A stretch of DNA of 64,000 nucleotides, from contig OZ037836.1 of the NCBI GenBank assembly GCA_964035575.1, positions 496,001 through 560,000 on the forward strand. Direction: 5' to 3'. Under the pieces are notes generated by a model, which did no database searches, was not told the DNA's origin, and saw nothing but the letters and a program-made list of their open reading frames with translations. Shown here piece after piece: positions 57,186-64,000 of the stretch (the first letter of the stretch is position 1; each line of letters begins with the position of its first letter). This DNA comes from Rhynchopus sp. YZ270_cl-10. Taxonomy: Eukaryota. The position numbers and the translations under genes were made by a program.

Positions 57186-58776
57186 CAAATTTTTAGCTTT
57201 TATATGGGGGCATGTCCCCTTTTGTCGTCAGCCCAGAGTCAGTAGGCTCTGCCACACCTTGGGGAGAGGTGTGCGGACTGTGTCTCCAAGAGGAAAAGGG
57301 AAGCTGTCCCCCCTGCCCCGTCGCAGTGTGGAACCCCGCTAAGTAGCACAACAACAAAACTAAGCAAGAGGCACTACCAGTGGCGCGGCTACCAATAACT
57401 ACCGTGTAGTCAGCGTCACGCCTACCATGGTAGGTTACAGTGAAAAAAAAAAAAAAAAATCCAGTGTGGTCAATGAGGTGTACTTGGAGAGAAAGAACTC
57501 CTCAATCCGCGTCACATTACTCCACCCAGAGAAGTCAAGTATTCGCAAGGCGCTCATCTCGGTGAGAAAGAAGGGCTCAATCCGCGTGACATTGCTCCAC
57601 CCAGATATATCAAGAGTGTGCAGTGAGTCGCAGTGTTTGAGAAAGAAGCAACCTACTGCAGTCACACCTGGCACACCACTGAGATCAAGTTCTGAGAACG
57701 TGCCACCTCGTAAGAAGTAATGGGGGATCTCAGTAACAACCTCTGCCTGCAGAAACAAATGAACCAGCTTGGGATCCGCCAGACCTTCGAACCTCTCTTC
57801 CGTCAGCTCTCTCTCACCCAAGTCACGAAGAGCTGCAATGGCGTCGTCCTTCTGCGACTTCGTCTTCGTCAGCACAACTGTGTCCCCAGCACTCAGCTGC
57901 GTGACGTAGTCTCCTTCGGCCAGCAGCTTCCCTCCGAAGCTCATGTCAAAGCCGTCTTCGCACAACTCTGCTGCAGTCGCCACCTTCCGCCGTATGTCCG
58001 CAGTTGTATCATCCACACCCACCTCGACTGTGTACTTCTCTCCGTCAAAGCTCTCCACACATATTTCCATGGTTTTGTGTCTCTCTGTTTTGTGCAGGTG
58101 TTTTCAATTGGGGGTAAGAGTACGCAAGAGACAACAAACAGTTAGGGGGAGGTCTTTTGCAAATAAAAATGTGTGTTCTACTCTTCAACGTGGCCACCAT
58201 CGTTTTTGTTGGCTTCATATAAGTTTTGCATTTTCATGACTTGTCAGTTTCTCTATCCTCTGCGATATGACGCGCAAACACGCCGTTTTCAATTTGATTC
58301 GCAGATCGATACTGACTCACGAAGTTGCTGTGTCAAAAAACACCTTCCTCTGCGAGGCGGGATACCACAGCGACAACGTCTATCACTCATGCGCCTATGA
58401 GTCGCTCAATGGCGTCATGGCTTTTATCATGACTACAGGGGAGAACAAGATACAAATACGCACATAACAAAGAACACAAATGAAGAGATGAAAGCTACCT
58501 TACAATAAGACAACAAACAACGGTGGGGTAAACAGACACAAAAATAGCATTTTTCACCCCAAAACGCCCAGAAATGGGTATACCAAATTGCTTTGCTTGA
58601 AGTACAGAAATGAGGTGAGTGCGCAATAAAGGAGGAGGGTGGTAAATTTGTTTCAATAACTTTCAAAGCAAAGAAGAGAAAGCTCAAGGACGTCAAAAAC
58701 ATGCATTAAAATCTTACTTATTTCAAAAAGGTTTTCACAAAAGTGTCATGTCCCTCTTTTCTTATTGTCATGGGCC

Positions 58777-60012
58777 TCACATGCACACACATTTGGTATC
58801 GTCCACGAGGCTATGGCCGCTATCGCCATGTACATATTCTGACACAACACTGCTCGATCCTGTGACGTTGATGCTGCTTTTACGCATTGTGGATGCGGAA
58901 AGTGATCCTGCTCCAATCTCCTTCACATTGGTCAACCCAGATAAGTCTAGGGTTTGCAATGCAATGCAGAAGGAGAGAAAGTTGTTCCCTATTTGCGTCA
59001 CATTGTTCCACCTAGAAATGTCAAGTGCGGTCAATGAGGTGCAGCTGTAGAGAAAGCACTCATCAACCCGCGTCACATTGTTCCACCCAGATAAGTCAAG
59101 GCTTTGCAATGCGGTGCAGGAGGAGAGAAAGTACATAGCAACCCGCGTCACATTGTTCCACCCAGAAATATGCAGTGTGGTCAATGAGGTGCTTCCGGAG
59201 AGAAAGTATTCATCAACCCGCGTCACATTGCTCCACCCAGAAATATCCAGTTTGGTCAATGAGGTGCAGTTGGAGAGAAAGTTATTCCTTATTTGCGTCA
59301 CATTGTTCCACCCAGAAATATCTAGTGTGGTCAATGACGTGCAGTTGGAGAGAAAGAAGTCTTCCACCTTAGTCACATTGTTCCACCCTGACAAGTCAAG
59401 GCTTCGCAATGCGGTGCAGGAGGTGAGAAAGAAGGACCCAATGTGTGTCACATTGTTCCACCCAGACAAGTCAAGGGTTCGCAATGCACTGACGTCGTAG
59501 TCGGAGAGGAAGAAGGACCCAATGTGGGTCACATTGCTCCACCCAGATAAATCAGCAGTGTGCAATGCGTTGCAGAATGTGAGAAAGTGGTGCCCTACTG
59601 CAGTCACACCTGGCACACCACTGAGATCAAGTTCTGAGAACGTGGCACGCGACAAGAAGTGATTGGGGATCTCAGTAACAACCTCTGCCTGCAGAAACAA
59701 ATGAACCAGCTTGGGATCTGTCAGACGTTTGAACCTCTCTGGCGTCATGTCGGTCTCACCCAAGTCACAAAGAGCTGCAATGGCGTCGTCCTTCTGCGAC
59801 TTCGTCTTCGTCAGCACAACTGTGTCCCCAGCACTCATCTGCGTGATGTAGTCTCCTTCGGCCAGCAGCTTCCCTCCGAAGCTCATGTCAAAGCCGTCTT
59901 CGCGCAACTCTGCTGCAGACGCCACCTTCCGCCGTATGTCCGCAGTTGTATCATCCACACCCACCTCGAGTGTGAACTTCTCTCCATCTAAAGTCTTCAC
60001 ACATATTTCCAT
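58777..60012 (-). CDS. Ubl-LRR-CaaX protein, copy 14 (411 aa)
   Basis: Intact ORF ending TKCVCM. Confidence 0.88.
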   Translation of the reverse strand: MEICVKTLDGEKFTLEVGVDDTTADIRRKVASAAELREDGFDMSFGGKLLAEGDYITQMSAGDTVVLTKTKSQKDDAIAALCDLGETDMTPERFKRLTDPKLVHLFLQAEVVTEIPNHFLSRATFSELDLSGVPGVTAVGHHFLTFCNALHTADLSGWSNVTHIGSFFLSDYDVSALRTLDLSGWNNVTHIGSFFLTSCTALRSLDLSGWNNVTKVEDFFLSNCTSLTTLDISGWNNVTQIRNNFLSNCTSLTKLDISGWSNVTRVDEYFLSGSTSLTTLHISGWNNVTRVAMYFLSSCTALQSLDLSGWNNVTRVDECFLYSCTSLTALDISRWNNVTQIGNNFLSFCIALQTLDLSGLTNVKEIGAGSLSASTMRKSSINVTGSSSVVSEYVHGDSGHSLVDDTKCVCM

Positions 60013-60368
60013 GGTTTTGTGTTTCTCTGTTTTGTGCAGGTGTTTTCAATTGGGGGTAAGAGTACGCAAGAGACAACAAACAGTTAGGGAGAGGTCTTTT
60101 GCTAATAAAATGATCATCCAGATGTGGTGAAACGCCATAAACTCCACAACCCCTACAAAGATACTCCGCAAGCCATGCATAGTGGGGCAAGACAAATCAA
60201 TCACTCACAACACAAAATACAAATATGCATGCGTTCAAACGTTAGTCTTTTTGTTGCAAAAATGTAAAAAGAAAAGAGAACAATCTCAACGCACACACTC
60301 TGTTGATTCTAAAAACGGGCGTAGAAAAATCGCGCATGGAAATAATGCATGAAAAGATGCACAATGCC

Positions 60369-61403
60369 TCACATGCACACACATCCGTCCTGAATACTGC
60401 GCTTCACATCGCCCAGGAGGTTACGGCTCTTCACATATTCTGACACAACACTGCTTGATCCTTCAACGTTGATGCTGCTTGTAGGTATTTTGCATCTTTT
60501 TAGGAAGCCTCTCCCAATGTGCTGCACACTCGTCCACCCAGATAAGTTAAGTGTTTTCAATGCGAAGCAGTGGTAGAGAACGTGGTCCCCAACCTGCGTC
60601 ACATTGCCCCACCCAGATAAATCAAGTGTTTTCATTGCACTGCAGTTGAATAGGAAGCCCTCCCCAACCTGCGTCACATTTCTCCACCCAGACAAGTCGA
60701 GAGTTTGCAATGCGATGCACTCGGAGAGGAAACAGATCCCAATCCGCGTCACATTGTTCCACCCAGACAAGTCAAGTGTGGTTAATGAGGTGCAGCTGCC
60801 GAGGAAGCAACTCTGGATCTGCGTCACATTGCTCCACCCAGATAAGTTAACAGTTCGCAGTGCGCTACAGGAGGAGAGCAAGCAGTGTTCTACGTGCGTC
60901 ACATTGCTCCACCCAGATAGATCAACAGTGTGCAATGAGGTGCAGTGGGAGAGGAAGTTGTCGCACATTGCGCTCACACCAGGCACACCACTGAGATCAA
61001 GTTCTTCAAACGTGCCACCTGACAAGAAGCCAATTGGGATCTCAGTAACAACCTCCGCCTGCAGAAACAAACGAATCAGCTTGGGATCTATTTGGATCAG
61101 CCTGCGATCTGTCAGACCTTCGAACCTCTCTGCAGTGATGTCGGTCTCACCCAAGTCACGAAGAGCTGCAATGGCGTCGTCCTTCTGCGACGTCGTCTTC
61201 GTCAGCACAACTGTGTCCCCAGCACTCAGCTGCGTGATGTAGTCTCCTTCGGCCAGCAGCTTCCCTCCGAAGCTCATGTCAAAGCCGTCTTCGAACAACT
61301 CTGCTGCAGACGCCACCTTCCGCCGTATGTCCGCAGTTGTATCATCCACACCCACCTCGACTGTGTACTTCTCTCCGTCAAAGCTCTCCACACATATTTC
61401 CAT
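60369..61403 (-). CDS. Ubl-LRR-CaaX protein, copy 15 (344 aa)
   Basis: Intact ORF ending DGCVCM. Confidence 0.88.
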   Translation of the reverse strand: MEICVESFDGEKYTVEVGVDDTTADIRRKVASAAELFEDGFDMSFGGKLLAEGDYITQLSAGDTVVLTKTTSQKDDAIAALRDLGETDITAERFEGLTDRRLIQIDPKLIRLFLQAEVVTEIPIGFLSGGTFEELDLSGVPGVSAMCDNFLSHCTSLHTVDLSGWSNVTHVEHCLLSSCSALRTVNLSGWSNVTQIQSCFLGSCTSLTTLDLSGWNNVTRIGICFLSECIALQTLDLSGWRNVTQVGEGFLFNCSAMKTLDLSGWGNVTQVGDHVLYHCFALKTLNLSGWTSVQHIGRGFLKRCKIPTSSINVEGSSSVVSEYVKSRNLLGDVKRSIQDGCVCM

Positions 61404-62360
61404 GGTTTTGTGTCTCTCTGTTTTGTGCAAGGTGTTTTGGGGGTAAGAAGAAGAATCAAGCACAGGACACGTTCATCAGTCACGTCGCTCGAAACTCCTG
61501 CTAATGCCCTTGCAACGTGAAGTGTGTTGCGTACTGGCTGTGTGTGTATGGTGTGCAAGAGATACAACAAACAATTACAAGGGGAGATAGGTCTTTTGTT
61601 TTAAACATTTTGAAAGCTTGGATGTATTAGTGTGGACACCCGAGGATGTGCTCCACTATGTGTTCCTTTTGAACGTGGCCACCATCCTTTGGTTCACTTG
61701 CCCTGCTGAGGCATGACATTTCAGTTTCTCTATCCTCTGCGATATGAAGCGCAAACACGCCGTTTTCAATTTGATTCGCAGACCGATACTGACTCACAAA
61801 GTTGCTGTGTCAAAAAACACCTTCCTCTGCGAGGCGGGATACCACAGCTACAATGTCTATCACTCATGCGCCTATGAGTCGCTCAATGGCGTCATGGCTT
61901 TTATCATGACCACAGGGGTCCAACCCTGCACATTGCTCTCACAACACAAAATACAAATATGCACACAAATGAAGAGATGAAAGATATCTCACAATAAGAC
62001 AACAAACACCGGTGGGGTAAAAACTAAAGTGCGTTTCTGGGACTTCAAAATTCGAAGGAGGGCTTTAGTCCCACCGATGTGTGTCTTACTGTATTTCATT
62101 TGACGTGCACAGAGAACAATAACATATTTTTTACACCAAATACAAAGGAGAAGAAAACAGTTTACAATAAAAGCTCCTGCGTCAGTTTTCTTGTTCAAAC
62201 GTTAGTGTTTTTGTTGCAAAAATGTGAAGAAAAAACAAAGAAAAGAGAACATTCTCGACGTACACACTCTGTTGATTCTGAAAACGGGAGTACAAAAATC
62301 GCGCATGGAAAACATGTGGTGCTTCCTAAGGTATGTCACAACTGTCATGTCCCGGGTGCT

Positions 62361-63521
62361 TCACATGCACACACATTTGCACTTGGTATCGTCCACGAGG
62401 CTATAGCCATAGCCATCCACACATTCTGAAACAACACTGCACGATCCGGTGATGTTGATGCTCCTTGTGGGTATTGTGCATGCATACAGGAAGCCTAGCC
62501 CAATGTGCTGCACGTTGCTCCATCCAGACAAGTCAAGGCTTCGCAATGAGGTGCAGTTAAAGAGAAAGAAGTTCCCCATCTGTGTCACATTGCTCCACCC
62601 AGAGATATCCAGTGTGGTCAATGAGGTGTAGTTGTGGAGAAAGCCATTATCAACACTCGTCACATTGCTCCGCCCAGACAAGTCAAGGCTTCGCAATGAG
62701 GTGCAGTTGTAGAGAAAGCCGTTCCCTATTTCCGTCACATTGTGCCACCCAGAAATATCAAGTGCGGGCAATGAGGTGCAGCCGGAGAGAAAGTGCTTAT
62801 CAACCCGCGTCACATTGTTCCACCCAGACAAGTCAAGGTTTTGCAATGAGGTGCAGGAGGAGAGAAAGTTGCGCCCTACGTGCGTCAAATTGCTCCACCC
62901 AGAAATATCCAGTGTGGTCAATGAGGTGTAGTTGGAGAGAAAGTAATTCTCAATCCGCGTCACATTACTCCACCCAGACAAGTCAAGTATTCGCAAGGCG
63001 CTCACCTCAGCGAGGAAGAAGGGCTCAATCCGCGTGACATTGCTCCACCCAGATAAGTCAACAGTGTGCAGTGAGGCGCAGTGTTTGAGAAAGAAGCAAC
63101 CTACTGCAGTCACACCTGGCACACCACTGAGATCAAGTTCTGATAACGTGGCACCTCGTAAGAAGTAACGGGGGATCTCAGTAACAACCTCTGCCTGCAG
63201 AAACAAATGAACCAGCTTGGGATCCGCCAGACCTTCGAACCTCTCTGATGTCAGCTCTCTCTCACCCAAGTCACGAAGAGCTGCAATGGCGTCGTCCTTC
63301 TGCGACTTCGTCTTCTTCATCAGCACAACTGTGTCCCCAGCACTCAGCTGCGTGATGTAGTCTCCTTCGGCCAGCAGCTTCCCTCCGAAGCTCATGTCAA
63401 AGCCGTCTTCGCGCAACTCTGCTGCAGACGCCACCTTCCGCCGTATGTCCGCAGTTGTATCATCCACACCCACCTCGACTGTGTACTTCTCTCCGTCAAA
63501 GCTCTCCACACATATTTCCAT
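62361..63521 (-). CDS. Ubl-LRR-CaaX protein, copy 16 (386 aa)
   Basis: Intact ORF ending KCKCVCM. Confidence 0.88.
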   Translation of the reverse strand: MEICVESFDGEKYTVEVGVDDTTADIRRKVASAAELREDGFDMSFGGKLLAEGDYITQLSAGDTVVLMKKTKSQKDDAIAALRDLGERELTSERFEGLADPKLVHLFLQAEVVTEIPRYFLRGATLSELDLSGVPGVTAVGCFFLKHCASLHTVDLSGWSNVTRIEPFFLAEVSALRILDLSGWSNVTRIENYFLSNYTSLTTLDISGWSNLTHVGRNFLSSCTSLQNLDLSGWNNVTRVDKHFLSGCTSLPALDISGWHNVTEIGNGFLYNCTSLRSLDLSGRSNVTSVDNGFLHNYTSLTTLDISGWSNVTQMGNFFLFNCTSLRSLDLSGWSNVQHIGLGFLYACTIPTRSINITGSCSVVSECVDGYGYSLVDDTKCKCVCM

Positions 63522-64000
63522 GGTTTTGTGTCTCTCTGTTTTATGCAAGGTGTTTTCAATTGGGGGTAAGAGTACGCAAGAGACAACAAACAGTTAGGGA
63601 GAGGTCTTTTGCTAATAAAAATGATCATCCAGATGTGGTGAAACGCCATAAACTCCACAACCCCTACAAAGATACTCCGCAAGCCATGCATAGTGGGGCA
63701 AGACAAAGCAACCAAAAAAGGAAGAGGACAACTTGCAAGTGTGCAGAAGAGTATTTGGAAGCTAATGGTACAAAGGCACTGCGTGAATTGCACCCACGTA
63801 GGGGCGAACAACCTTCGTGACCACACAAGACCCACAGTGAGAGGTCTTGAAACAAGTTACAAAGGGGAGAGAGGTCTTTTGTTTTGTTTTGACTTTTTTT
63901 TAAAGCTTCGTTGTATTAGTGTTGTTGCATGACATTTCAGTTTCTCTATCCTCTGCGATATGACGCGCAAACACGCCGTTTTCAATTTGATTCGCAGACC

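Larger units (their letters stand above)
51406..57459 (+). mobile_element. Non-LTR retrotransposon, I/Ingi-group-like (ORF1 plus APE-RT-RNase H-CCHC), apparently full length
   Basis: Boundaries come from the interrupted LRR gene. Terminal poly(A) at 57443-57459. At most a 2 bp (AT) duplication. Confidence 0.93.
51005..58070 (-). pseudogene. Ubl-LRR-CaaX copy 13, split by an antisense LINE
   Basis: 58070-57460 (..YTSLTTLD) continues at 51405 (ISGWSNLTHVGRNF..KCVCM), colinear with copy 16. Confidence 0.88.

Noticed and set aside
51406..57459. Diversity-generating retroelement driving LRR variation
   Set aside because: The RT is a typical LINE enzyme with APE and RNase H that disrupts a gene. 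I saw no template/variable repeat pair differing specifically at adenines.
8642..63820. Numerous short plus-strand ORFs overlapping the LRR genes
   Set aside because: Antisense shadows of the repetitive LRR/Ubl coding sequence.

Overview
Eukaryotic genomic DNA, most likely a euglenozoan protist such as a diplonemid (inference: kinetoplastid-like Hsp70 signature, genes with no obvious introns, and almost all host genes on one strand). The window is dominated by a minus-strand tandem array of 16 paralogues encoding [near-invariant ubiquitin-like domain]-[about 4-11 variable 25-aa LRRs]-[invariant C-terminal CVCM CaaX motif]. Ten copies are intact and six are truncated or interrupted. Other genes are a receptor-type degenerate nucleotide cyclase, an OTU-protease-like ORF, an Hsp70 lacking EEVD, and a FUSC/ALMT-like transporter. 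The array carries many insertions whose ends can be read from target-site duplications. These include a ~6 kb I/Ingi-like LINE (APE-RT-RNase H, with a 2A-like motif and a single in-frame TGA between ORF1 and ORF2) and several non-coding retro-elements. One of those starts exactly with an HDV-like ribozyme fold followed by twelve 133-134 bp repeats, and two related ones sit at the same codon position of two paralogues. There are also TIR elements, a palindromic tandem element and a perfect (CCCAGTA)n array. All calls come from reading the sequence by eye; no searches were run.
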